Source: Octopus bimaculoides
Lineage: Eukaryota
Direction: 5' to 3'
Assembly: GCF_001194135.2 (NCBI RefSeq)
Contig: NC_068983.1
Coordinates: forward strand, 16,215,200-16,279,199
Length of the DNA: 64,000 nucleotides
The notes beneath the pieces were generated by a model. That model had not been told where the DNA came from and ran no database searches. It saw only the letters and a program-made list of their open reading frames with translations. Position 1 is the stretch's first letter, and the number at the start of each line of letters is the position of its first letter. Positions 41,275 to 53,965 of this stretch are shown piece by piece. The translations under genes were made by a program, and so were the position numbers.

Positions 41275-42009
41275 CATTGTTTACCAGAGACTATTCTGTC
41301 TAAGGTGTCTTTCTTTTTTTTAACATTATAATGTTAATTTGAAGGCGACTTAGGTTTCAGTTGCAGTTGTGGGTAGGGAAGTTGTTTTTTTTTTTGCATT
41401 TATGGATAGCATCTAGCCTGTGTGTTAAACATTAAATAAAATGCTTATCAAGACTCTCTTCCCAGTCTAATACTGAGAGACATAATAGGAAAATGTGAGA
41501 CTAAATATTATACAAAGTGTAAGGAGAGAAGGCCAGTCCTAACAGCAGAAGAGCTCAGAAACTGAGAAAATTGGACCAGAGTGAAAGAGATTACAGCGAT
41601 GAAAATGAATGGCATGAATTGTGTAAAGAGAAATATCTCTTGGCTGAGACTGGTTGAATATTAGGAGCAATTCTGCTGCCTCTGATCCAATGTGGTTAAA
41701 TCTAATTAAAAAAAAGAAACCAAAACTATTGTCAGATTGACACAACTGAAGAAGCAATTCCTGCAAGTGAAATAAATATCTTCACCAGAAGTATGATGAG
41801 GAGTTGATCTATGAATAATGATATTTCAGAGGTTTGTCGCAAAAAGTGAAGATATCTGTTGCAAAGCAAAAAATGAGATAGTAAAGAGATTGTAATGCAC
41901 AGAAGGTACAAATACAACTGCTATATATCTCCCTGCTACACATACATAAATTAAAAATTAAGAATTGTGTTAGACAAGGCTATGTGCTACCTTCTATCCT
42001 ATTTAACCT

Positions 42010-42700
42010 AAGAGAAACAGTATATGACAAGAATTGTCCTATGGAATGGAAATGGCTGTAATGAAAACACGATGGTATTTAGCATGAAACAATAATCACT
42101 AAAAATAAATATTACATTTTAGGGAAAGTTAATTGGACAGTAAGCAAAGATAATATACTTGGGATATATATATATTAAAAAAAACAAGAAATGTGAAGCA
42201 GAAATCAAAAGAAGAATTGAGAAAGCTAGAAAGTAAATTTCAAAAATGTCAAACAAACTAATTTCAAGAAAGATTAATACTGAAACTAGGAAATCATTAT
42301 TAAATGTTATTTATAGTCCACTCCACGGACCTGAAACATGAATATAACAAAAGTTTTATGAAATACATTACACCTCTTTGAGCTGTGTGCAAACAACTTC
42401 TGAGAATATTGTAGGCAAGACACAACCAATGATGAAGTACTAAAAAACAAAAACTATGAAAATTTTAGCAGACACCATCAAAGAGAGAAAGGTAAAATAT
42501 TTTGGACAATTAGAAAAAGTGGTTCACGAAGACAGTTAAAAAAAAAAAACAGAAAGAAAGGAGAAACAGAACCACAAATTATGTTGAATAACAAGAACTG
42601 GATAGAATTAAAATACATAAGAGACAAAGATGGCAATTCATGGAGTTCTACCGGCTGAAAGAGAATGATTCTCGATGATAAACTCACTCACACCTACAGA
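42010..42700 (+). mobile_element. Degenerate RTE-type LINE, reverse transcriptase C-terminal region
   Basis: Fragments YGMEM..KT, YLG-like, EAEIKRRIEKAR, HGPET, TNDEVL and TIKERKVKYFGQ match conserved RTE-clade C-terminal motifs. The stretch 41520-41930 may be an upstream part of the same element. Confidence 0.65.
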
Positions 42701-42723
42701 AAAAAATAATCTGTCAGACAATA

Positions 42724-43688
42724 CAATGGTTGGACAAAACAATGGAAACGTCACTTTCCATTTAACTATTTTTTTCTATTGACAATATAACAAATTCAAA
42801 ACAGTTCTGAATATGTATTCATATGCATTACACAAGCCTTGTACTTCATGATATAGCCTTCTCTTATTATTGCTTTGCTTTTTTTTTAATTTTTACAGTT
42901 ATTTATATTTCAATGAGTAAAAATGCTGACCAATTTGATTTCCAAAAGACTATTTGTAGAGGCATGGTTGGAGCATCAGTTACTAAAACTGCTGAACTGT
43001 TTAATGTTTTGAGAGGTACAGTCTCCAAAATCATATTGGTATTCCAAAACCAAGGTAACCATAGTTTTGGTCAAAAGGCAAAGCTCTGAGAGATTGCAAA
43101 ATAAGGAAATGTCAAAAAACTATCAAACTATAGAATCAAAAGTGGCATTAGAGCTAAGCTTTTTGTATCAACCAAAAACTGTTTGTTGCAAGCTCCATAA
43201 AGCTGGATACCATGGGAAAGCTGCAATTACTAAACAATTCCTGTTCTCCATCAGCATTGGTCAGTGGAAAAAATGGATCTTAGATTGTTATAAGTGGCGA
43301 AAGGCTCAATAGAATAATGTCATCATCTCTGATAAACTATCATTCACCCTTTTCAGTTCTACAAGACAAGTTTATGTTTAGAGACAACCCAAAGAACCCT
43401 TCTATTATTATTATTATTATTTTCCCCAGATATTTTTTTGCAGACATTCCCTACATTTATGGAGCATTTTGAAGTAGATGTAAGGAGTTGTTTCCTTGCA
43501 CCATTGCCACTGAAAGAGCTAAAGCAGGTTTTACTTGAACAGTGGCTAAAAATATCCTAACTGTTCAGAACCTGTACAAGTCAAATTCTTTGACATATTA
43601 AAGCTGCAATTTATGTCAAAGGAAGACCACTCTGAAATAATAACACCTCCATTTAACAAGATGCTTCCATTATTTTGTCCAACACCTG
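42724..43688 (+). mobile_element. Tc1-like DNA transposon, internally deleted and degenerate
   Basis: TA flanks at 42722-3 and 43689-90. TIRs caatggttggacaaaacaatggaa and (reverse complement) caggtgttggacaaaataatggaa match 20/24. Peptides GASVTKTAELFNVLRGTVSK, KLHKAGYHGKAAITK, ISDKLSFTLF and PLKELKQVLLEQW match Tc1 transposase N- and C-terminal motifs. Confidence 0.85.
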
Positions 43689-45788
43689 TACAATTACAAA
43701 ATACAGTGATACCAAGTCATTATGAAACGTAAATGCCAGACAATATCACAATAGTTATTTTCCATCAACTCATTATATGGCTCCACAATGACAATCTCTT
43801 TTCTAAGTAACATAAAAGACCCTCCCAACTAAATATTCTGGATTTTATCAGAAACAGGACGGTCTTTTCCCAAGATTTATATCAGACAAATATTGCACTC
43901 CAGATGAAAACAATGATCATAACAATGACAACAACAACAACAACAAGGCAGTAGGATATTATTAGACTTCTAGCTTGATTCATGTAGCTAATTAGTATCA
44001 CACTATTAACTAATAATGCACACACTTTATAAATTTCTTTATAAACTAACACCTCTGATTACTATGTCAATTTTCTCATTATTCTTGCCTCTAGCTAACC
44101 AACTCTATTAAATGCATAATCTTGAGAGAGAGAGTGTGTGAGTGTGAAGGTAAACAGCTAAGAGGGTAGGGAGTAGGGTTCAATCATAAGTTTGTGGGTT
44201 TCATTTCTGGGCAAAGTTGCACATTATGCCCTTGAGCAAGGTACTTCATTTCACATGGCTCTAGTTTATTCAGCTAAAATGAGTACTAACCTAGTGGTGC
44301 TAGTACAACCCTCTCTTCCAACAACCGTCAAATCTTAGGCTATATAGTTTGCTTGTCTGCACCTAAAATAATTAACAAAAGCATGGCATATACTACCACA
44401 TATACATACTAAATTGCAAGCAACAGCTATGGTTTATATTGTCATCACCATTATTATCCATCCAATTTTCTATGCTCACATGGGTCAGGTGCAATTTTTG
44501 TTGAGCCAAATTTTCTATGGCCAGATGCCCTTCCTGTCCCCAGGCCTCAGCTTTTTCCAAGTAAGGCAATATTTCCTTATGACCAGATATGTCTCACAGA
44601 AGATTGTGAACAAAGGATGCTGCTTGCATGACAAAGAGAGATTCATTTACAACTATCACCCAATGCCAAGGCAAGGAGACAATAACACACATATCACATG
44701 ATGGACAACTTCTCAATTATAACACCAGAGGTGGACAAGAACAGCTTTACCTCAATCCTACTTGACCATTTCCATTGTGGCTATTACCAGAACATACAGA
44801 AAGATAATTAACCAACAAAGAAGTTTCTATATGGACCTGCTGGAATTGGCAGCCAAATATCTTCCTCATACTCCACTATACTGTTTTGGAGAAGCAAAGA
44901 TGTATTAGACAATGCAACACTATAGACAATGATGGGCATAGCTGAAATGTTTTTTGATTACAGTCTACTTGATCAGGGCTGATCTGAGACAAAACAACAC
45001 CAATAAGAAGGATAGCGGAGAAATAACCTAAATTGCAAACAATGCACTTCATATTATGAACTGTTTGCGGTCAGAGTGTGCAGTGTAGTCTACCTCACTT
45101 AGGATAAGGTATTGGAACTGTGGATCACAACTATTTTATCAGCTACCTACATGCATTAGATCTGACTGAGCAGAGCTGAGTGGGGAAACACAGCATTAAC
45201 AACCATACCACATGATATTGGATTTCACACATAACCATTTATGTGTGAGTGAAAGTGAAAGAAAAGAGAAGAGTGAGGGTGACAGTGAGAAGAAATGGTA
45301 GGCCAAGAGAGTAGTAAAGATCAAATTTTCTTTTGTGAAGGGAACCTTCAAAGTATTAATCTTATTTTGGAGAACTAAAATGTACCTATAAACAGTACTA
45401 TACAAGGCAAACACTAAACCCAAGCAAGGGAACAGAATATTGTACAAAGAATATTTATACTGACTTAATGTTTGCATGAATGTCTAAGGCGTGTGTGTGA
45501 TGCATGTGTATATACGTATACTTGCATGTACATACTTGCTCCATTAGGAAGCAAGATTTGAAAGGATTTTAGGAGTGCTCCATTTCCTTTCATGGATTCA
45601 TGGACCTTCTTCCGCTTCTCAAGTCAAACACCAAACCAAATATATTAAATGGATCTTGATGTAAGAAATATATCTGAGAAATTTCATGGCAAGAGCTGGA
45701 AGACTCTCTTTGGAGGATTAAGGACGTTGGGCTTGTAACCGTATTTAAACAAAATGGAATAATAATAATAATAAAAAGTTCAGCTTAC

Positions 45789-45937
45789 CTTCGTGGAAAT
45801 CCATGTGTCGGTTGATATCGGAGTAGGAAAGGAAATCTTTGCCACAAAAGATGCACCTGTACACAGCTCGTCCATCGGGCAGTAGAGTGGGCTTGCAAAC
45901 CTTTTCTCTGTCAACAGGAGAATTCACAACATGTAAC
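45789..45937 (-). CDS. ZF gene exon D (149 nt): finger 9 (CIFC-x12-HMDFH)
   Basis: Acceptor ccttttccag|GTTACAT (phase 2, matches the exon C donor), donor GAAG|gtaagc (phase 1). Reads RLHVVNSPVDREKVCKPTLLPDGRAVYRCIFCGKDFLSYSDINRHMDFHE. Confidence 0.9.
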
Positions 45938-46204
45938 CTGGAAAAGGTATCAAGATATTAGGCCAGAAAAACATTCTACTTCTGGCCTGCAAGAACTGAA
46001 CAACTTGATACCTAGATTATGGTGAGCACATGAGAAGAACAGGCAAGCAAGCAAGCAAGCAAGCAAGCAGTTAGAAAGTTAGAAGCAAAGCTTTGTCAAG
46101 AGACCATTTGAAGCACACCAAACTTGAATAACATAGTGAACAAAACAATATTTTACAAGCACTACAAGCATAAGTTAATAAGATGTTTTCATGCCCTATT
46201 CATT

Positions 46205-46242
<38 letters not shown>

Positions 46243-46699
46243 CAAGCATGTATTTGTGTATATGCATATTTACGAGCATGTATGTGTGTATGTATGTTAT
46301 CTCCTTATTTTCATATCACATACTAGGCTGGCACTATAATGATGTAATGAGCTGCTGCTCTCTATCTCAGAGGGCAGCAGAGGCAGGGAACACTTGGTGT
46401 TGATGAGGAAAAAGGGAACTATTTCATTTCCGGTAGCTTTTGGAACTTAAAGCTCACTCTGCTTATTTGGAGTAGCAAACAGGTGGGATTTTTAATTTTG
46501 TATTTATTTTTTTTTGTGAGCACCAGACAGGCTCTAGAGCAGGAAAACAATATTTTGTTATTTTCCTAGAATACAACAGAAAGTAAGGTTTCTTTTTCAG
46601 TGGCAAGGGAAATGTAGTTGCATGGCTGAAGAAAGTGAAACTGGTAACAAAACTACAATGAGTGCAAGATGCCACAAGCTTTATACCACTTTATCTAGA

Positions 46700-47430
46700 A
46701 AGGGATGCACTGGTTTTGTGCCTAGAGATGAGTAATGAAGCCTAGACACAGGGAAAATAAAAACCAAAACCAAGAAAGGTTAAACAGCTGGTGGGAGGGG
46801 ATGAACTGGTGGGATTTATTGAGGATGGGTTGAAAAGAGTGGTTAAACTAGGGTTCATGACTATCTTTTCTGATCATATTTCAGTAAGGCTGCAGTTGTT
46901 GAGTCCATGATTGTGGGAAGTTTAATGATTTAATGACCAAGGTTAGGAAAGGACATAATGAAGCAGCAAGCTTTGAGAAGTGAGGGGTCGAGTGGTGTAA
47001 GAAGGCATGTGTGAATGTTCAAGGGTCAGTACTTTTAGATGCTGACGATCAGGTATTATAAAGAACCCAAGTCTAAATTGTTCAGCTATGGATGTGAGCA
47101 GGCAGGTCATATAGCAAGCTGTTATAATCAGAGAAATAATTGAAGGCATGAGGAGCAATAGTGTCAGTAGTTATTTTATCAACTGAGTAGATACACTCCT
47201 ATAATCACTATCTGTATCTGTTGTGAAGAGTTCTAGTGTGCATGAAGAGCAGGAGCCTTCATTGATACAGGTTACGCAACCACAATAGTGACTCTGAGGC
47301 TGGTGGGTGGCTAAAGGGGAAGGAGTAGTGTAGTGGCAGTCAATGGAAGAGAGTTAAATGTAGATATACATGTAGAGTTGGCAGTATGTAGAACATGACT
47401 GAAAGAACAGGTTTTTGTAATTCACTACAC
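46700..47430 (-). mobile_element. Possible highly decayed LINE 3' relic
   Basis: Purine/GT-rich non-microsatellite block whose minus strand gives only weak LINE-like peptide fragments. Clade not assignable. Confidence 0.3.
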
Positions 47431-47440
47431 TGTTGATAAA

Positions 47441-47625
47441 GGTGCATGGCTCAGTGATTAGAGCATCGGACTCACAATCATGAGGTAGTGAGTTCAATTC
47501 TCAGATCAACCCTTTATTTTACACTGCTCCAGTTCACTCAGCTGTAGATATGAGTTGCAACATCACTAGTGCCGAGTTGTATCAACCTTTGCCTTTCCCT
47601 TGGATAACATCAGTGAAGAGGAGAA
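47441..47625 (+). mobile_element. Third-family tRNA SINE, 5' portion
   Basis: Collinear with 30133-30330. Confidence 0.75.
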
Positions 47626-48763
47626 GCTGGTATTCTTGATTTCAAGATCATATAATTAAGATATGGCACTAATTTATTTACAATGCATACATAGAAATAA
47701 AGGAAAACAAAAGAAAGGTAGTAGGATAGAAGGTAAAATAAAAATTTAAAGCCAAGATTACTATACTGATCAAAATATATTAGAAGAGACAGACATTATT
47801 GCAAGACACTGCAGAGACATAATATAATGTTAATTCAATCAAATAAGTTGAAATGTTAAATGAAACAAATAACAAAAAGTAGCAGCACAGCAGCAAAGGA
47901 ATTCATAAACAAAGATAATATAGTTATTGCTGCAATTATTTTTCCAACAGTTTCCTCATGGAAAACTTTCACAAATATACACAACCTCAAACAAATGAAT
48001 GCTCATAAATATGCATATACATAAATACACGCTTGCTCAATCTCTCTCTCTCTCTCTCTCACACACAAATGAATACTCACACTCACATACACACACACAC
48101 ATGCACAAATGACTGCTTAACATGAGGAAATAAATGCTAACACACATACATGCAAGGATAAGTGACTTACATTCCAAAAACAAAACACACGGAAATAACA
48201 GGATTTCAATATAAAACCATAAAAAAACAAAGACAACTTCTTATGCCCTACTAAATCTGTGAACTACACAATAATCAAAATATGATATATTTCCAGAATA
48301 AGGATACTGCATACATAAGGATACAATATCTTCTACTATAATGGTTGTCAACTTTATTCTATTATCTCTTAATTACGAGTGAAGGTAGTACCCAAGACCT
48401 ATTACAGGGTCTCTGAGAGAACAGGTATCCTCAAACTGGATACCTGATGCAAATGCTTGCAGCAGAGTGAATTCTGCTAAAGGTACCAATATCCTAATGA
48501 TGGTGACAGGTTAAGTCTACCAACCAAATATGCTTGACTGGTTCTTATTTTATTGACTCTGAAAGGATGGAAGGTAAAGTCAACCTCAAACAGCATTTGA
48601 ACTCAGAATGTAAAGACAAAAAAGAAATGTCACCTTGTCCGGTGTGCTGACAATTTTGCCAGCTCACCAATTTACTGCTGCTGCTCCTGATAATAATAAT
48701 AATAATTCAAGGCCTGGAATTTGGAGGAAGGGGGCTAGTCGATTACATCGTACCCCAGTGCTC

Positions 48764-49356
48764 CACAGGAATTTTGCCCCTGGACTGGCTCATGTGTGGG
48801 CGACACATGAAATCTTCCAAGCGGGATCGTTGCCGGTGCCCCTGGGTCTTGTGCTGGTGACACATGAAATCTTCCGAGCGGGATCGTTGCCGGTGACCCT
48901 GGATCGGCTCATGTGCGGGCGACACATGAAATCTTCCGAGCGGGATCGTTGCCGGTGCCCCTGGATTGGCTCATGTGCGGGCGACACATGAAATCTTCCG
49001 AGCGAGATCGTTGCCGGTGCCCCTGAATTGGCTCTTGTGTGGGGTTGTTGTAGGATTTTCAAGCGAGATCGTTGCCGGTGCCCCCTGGACTGGCTCTTGT
49101 GCGGGTGACACATGAGGTTTCTCGAGCGAGATGAGTGTGGCCGTTGCCAGTACCGCCTGACTGGCCTTCGTGCGGGTGACACGTAAAAGCACCCACTACA
49201 CTCTCTGAGTGGTTGGCGTTAGGAAGGGCATCCAGCTGTAGAAACTCTGCCAAATCAGATTGGGGCCTGGTGTAGCCATCTGGTTTCACCAGTCCTCAGT
49301 CAAATCGTCCAACCCATGCTAGCATGGAAAGCGGACGTTAAACGACGGCAACGACG
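48764..49356 (+). mobile_element. Family 1 retroposon carrying ~6 tandem copies of a ~62-bp unit, nested in another SINE
   Basis: The motif cgttgcc recurs at 48828, 48885, 48947, 49009, 49070 and 49142, followed by the family 1 body and tail. Confidence 0.85.
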
Positions 49357-50084
49357 CCAAAAGGATGAAAAGTTAAGTCAACCTTGGTAGAATTTGAACT
49401 CAGAACATAAAGACAGACGAAATGCTGCTAAGTATATTGCCCAGCATGCTAATGATTCTGCCAGCACACCACCTTCCTGTTAATAATAATAATGATAATA
49501 AAAAAAACAGTAGTAGTAGTAGAAGCAGCAGTTACCATAATCACAAGGCCAGGGCAAGTCAATTAAATCAATTCCTGTACTTGACTAACCAATCCAGGAA
49601 AGGTTACAGGCATAATAATAGTAATAATTTTATTTATTTCCATAACAGAGATAACCAAAAAGAAGGAGATGTGAAGAAAATTGAAACACTTCCTAAAAAG
49701 AGTTTACTACTAATTGATATCTCTTTACATTTTATGTTTTTACTTTAGTTTTACAGGCGTTGTCTCCCCTGATTTCAGTTCAGATTTTATCTATTTATTT
49801 ATCTTCAATGCAAATAGAATATTAACTCCAGTAGTTGTTCAGCCCTAGTACAACTGTGGCCATCTGAGGCTCGTTTTTTATTTTTTTTTTATTTTTAGGG
49901 ACTACAATATTTCAGCTGTCTTTTTTTATTCCTTTTAAGACAAACAAGGTCAGAGTTGGCTCTTACTACAAACAGATCAAGCAACTGCATAAAGTTTCTC
50001 TTGTAGGCTCTTATCAATCTCAGTGAAAACATTAGCTGCTACAACAGTGAAAATATTTACACACACAGGGGTGACACATGGTAG

Positions 50085-50470
50085 TATAGATAAGAGGCTT
50101 GCTAAGCAACCATGAGGTTTCAAGTTCAATTCCACTGGGTAGCATCTTAGGTAAGTGTCTTTTACTATAGTCTCAGACTGACCAATACCTTTTAATTAAA
50201 ATTTGTTAGATACTAACTATATGGAAACCCAACATATGTGTGTGTTTTGTCTCTGCATGTTTTGCGCTGACAATGAGCAGCAATAAGGTGCATGTCCTAC
50301 AGCTTTGCAGTTTCAACATGCAAAGACTAGTGGAGTAAAGTATTTTTACTTGAAAACAAGCAAGAGTTGGTGTCAGGAGAGGCATTTGGCCACTGAACAT
50401 ACTAACTCAAGAAATCTTGTCAAACCATACCAGCATGGGAAAAGCAGGTATAAAAACGACGAAGATGAGG
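50085..50470 (+). mobile_element. CORE-like SINE head joined to an alternative 3' body with a family 1-like tail
   Basis: Head like 26554-26700, then a different body ending cagcatgggaaaagcaggtataaaaacgacgaagatg. Reverse counterpart at about 56700-57035; related bodies at about 27470-27690, 29865-30090 and 44455-44695. Confidence 0.6.
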
Positions 50471-50593
50471 ATTTAAAAACATAAACAACACAACAGAATT
50501 CTGACAAGTCAACTACATTTGAACAAAACAGAATATTCCTCAAGATGGATTCTCTCACAAAACGAACAATATAAAAAAAGATACGTAGCTCAC

Positions 50594-53181
50594 CTGGAGT
50601 GTGTTCTGGAAAGTGAAGTTAATTTGCGTCCATCAGCTAAAACAGAATTCCGAATACTATCTGGTGAGAGTGGAGCATGCCACTGGACACGTGGAAGTCC
50701 AACCAGGCTTTCCTCAGGGGATGGACATTGGGATGTTCCTGTAAGGGAAGTGGATGTTGCCAGAGATAATGGATCACTGGCAGTAGAAAGACCGAGTGGA
50801 ATATTGACAATAGGTGAACCAGTGAGGGCCTGCGACACGGCTGGATTTAATAACTGAGTGGCAGCCAAGAAAGAGGCAGCTGCCTGAGCAGGTAATGATG
50901 GTGTTCCCAAAACCATAGAGTTACACGTTATTGGTCCCAATGAGGGCATACCCGACAACATACTGCTCTGAGTACTGAACAGGCTTTGCCCCATACAAGA
51001 TGGTGCCATTACCATTTCTGGGTCACTGTCACCCACTATCTGTTGCAATGCAATTGTATGAGGAGAAGGTGTGAGAGGCAGTGGCGGAGCGAGAGAAGAA
51101 GGATTGGTGTGATGTGATTGTTGTTGAACAGCAGCAGTGTTATGTGGTAATGGCGGTGGCGGTGGCGGAGGGGGAAGTGGTGGTGGCGGGGGTAATGGTG
51201 GTGGAATTCCTTGCCTGGAGGACTGGCAGTTCTGTACTTTGTATGTCAAAGATGCTTTCCGCCTGGATTTAAGCAAGAAACTGTCTTTTTTATTTTGAGG
51301 TAAGAGACACCGTTTGGGTGCAGCTATGATTTCCCGGCCACCAACAGCATTGACACTGTCGTCACCATTATCTGAGGTATTTTCTGACCAGTTACCTTCA
51401 GAGAGTCCATTAGTGTGGTGTGGGTCAGACACCATATCTTCTATCTCGGCTGGAGGTTCGGACGGCAATACAACGGTCACATCCTCTTTAATCCCTTCCT
51501 TCTTCAAGATCTCCTTAGCATTTAACTTCTCCTTCTCCTGCTCTTCCTCTTCCTGTCTCAGCTGCTGAGATTCTTTGTCGCTATTTGAGTATTGAGTACT
51601 GCAGATGGCAGTGTCATTGGTAGCATATTTCAGATCTGAGTTGCCATGGCTAAGCATGGGATGTTGGTTTTCGCCAACACCAAGCTCTTGGGAAGCTGAG
51701 GACATGTCAACACCAATGCCATCAGCATCGGTCTGTTCTTGAAGTCGATTCAAGTAACCAAGTCTAATGGAAGACTTCAAGCTAGCAAGGATTGCACGTT
51801 TCCTCACTTTCCTAACATAGTCCAATGGGTAGCTATCACTATGGAAACGCATAATGTGCTGACGTAAGTTACGGTATTCGCTGAAACCTTTGCCACATTC
51901 TTTGCAATAGCATGGCTTGTAGCCAGTGTGAATTCTCTCATGACGTTGTAAGGAGAAAAACCTTGTAAATGATTTTCTGCAATATAAACAAACATAACAG
52001 CCATTAATCTTTTGATATGAACAACTAAAATCTCTAGAAGGTAACCCTGCCGATGATAGGTTAACATTAGTTTGGTAAAGGTTATTAGAAGAGGAGTCGA
52101 CCAATGGGGGCTCCTTGGAAGAGTCTCTTTCGAGAACTGGCTCCTTAAATTCAGTATTAAGTGACAATGTTTCATTTGTTTCTTCTGTAGGCAAAGGAGC
52201 AGTTTGGCTAATGGGGTTGGGGTTGTGAAAAGGTTCTCCCTGGTCAACCTGAACAGTGTTTCTTGAGGAGGGTAGTCGATGTCTTCGGGAATGGCGAAGC
52301 AGCTGAGCTTTGAAGCGAAAGTTGTTGCCACAGATCCCACACTGATAGGTGACCAGATGCCGTTCGTAGTGCAAAGACATGTGGCACTGGAGTTTACTAA
52401 GAAAATTGAACAATTTGCCACAGAGGTAGCACTTATATAGAGATGTCTTCAGGCCATTTTCTAAGTTTACACCATCGATTCTTGTGGCAATAATAGTCTC
52501 ATTTTTAATACTAATTCGATTTTTCCGGAACGGAGATTCTGTGGAAATTACAAGATCCTCCGACTTTTTATTTGAAAGAGAAGCAGCTGGTTTGCTACCC
52601 TCCCGTACAGGAAATACAGGGGTGGCTGATGATGATGTAGTACTGGGTACAAAATAAGCTGGTGGGGATTGCTGGTGAGGGAGTGGAGGATGAGAAGAAT
52701 GAGAAGATTCAAAATTTGATAGCTTTGCTTCAGCCATAGCCTCATTGATTTTCTGGTCATTTAAACCAAGGCTCTTAGCAAGCTCCAACTCTGCTTTAAA
52801 AGTGGTGGAGGGCTTCACAGCTGTTATGTCATCTGTTTGGACAAAGCTGTTATTGTTGCTGCTTCCACTCGGATTTTGTGTTGGTGTGAGAACTTCTGAA
52901 GTTTTGCCTTCACTTAGTAAATCTTTATCTTCCTGCATTTCACCATTGTCAAGATCTGTTATGTGAACAGGGCTGTGTTGCATTGTTAAATCTACATCTT
53001 GTTGCATGAGAGTCTCTTTCTCCTGAGTTTTATCATGTAGATGAAAGGTTTTTATTTGAGCCCGAGTTTTCAGGCGGAGGTAACGCTCTTCCAGACCTTG
53101 GCTCAGCTCTACGTTGACGCCATGTGCCACTTTCTTATGATACAGCATGCTTCCTTTTGCTTTGAAAGCTTTATTGCAGAC
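50594..53181 (-). CDS. ZF gene exon C (2588 nt): end of finger 4, fingers 5-8, acidic stretch, polyproline and Ser/Pro-rich region
   Basis: Acceptor ttttttttttcag|GTCTGC extends the 852-aa ORF by VCNKAFKAKGS. Contains CYLC..HMSLH, CGIC..HSRRH, CLYC..HERIH-TGYKP and CKEC..HIMRFH. Donor TCCAG|gtgagc (phase 2). Confidence 0.95.
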
Positions 53182-53965
53182 CTGAAAAAAAAAAGTTAAG
53201 AAACAATTGTTTACAACAAATTCAATACCACTATTAGTATCATAATTCTTTCAAAGATTCTATATATGTTGGTGTATAAGATGTACTTTCTTTTTACTCT
53301 TATATATAACTAAAAACTGCCATGTATCTAATGTGGTGACGTTATGGATGGGAGATACTGAGTATATGAACATATGATGAAATCTTAAATTTGTTTTTTC
53401 CTACAAAAAAAGCAAGTGTTTGTCCCATGCAAGAGTGCATCTTATACACCAGCAAAAACAGTAGCTTTACACTTAATGATTTTTTTAAATATAGTTACAA
53501 AGCCTGAAATTTATGGTGAATGGGGTGAGCCATGTACATCAACTCCTGTATTTATTTGGTACTTTATCAACCCAGGAGGGATGGAAGACTAAGTTTTCCT
53601 TGGTAGAATATGAACATAAAGACTTGGAACAAATACCACAATGGATCCAATACTCTAATAGTTCCATCAATACACTGCCCTCAAGAGCAGATAATAATAG
53701 TATACATTTATAGAGGTAAAAACAGTTATAAAAATAAGAAAAATGAGTTAAAGGTCAATACATGATGAACATTTCATATATTTACTCAGGATTTGAGGCA
53801 AGGCACTGGTATGGATGTGAAAGCTGCAGGTATGGTAGTGTATAAGAAGTTCACTTTGCAATGTTGTTGTTTCAGGTTCAATCCCACAGTATGGCACATT
53901 GGGCAAGTTATGGCCTTAGGCCAACTACTGCATTAATATGAGTGCAATTTGAAATATGGAAAATG

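Noticed and set aside
48775-49145. CRISPR-like array
   Set aside because: The units are contiguous tandem copies with no unique spacers, derive from a SINE segment, and lie in a eukaryotic intron.
51804-52421. 205-aa alternative-frame ORF inside exon C
   Set aside because: It starts at GTG, shows no recognisable motif, and is explained as a shadow of the real frame.
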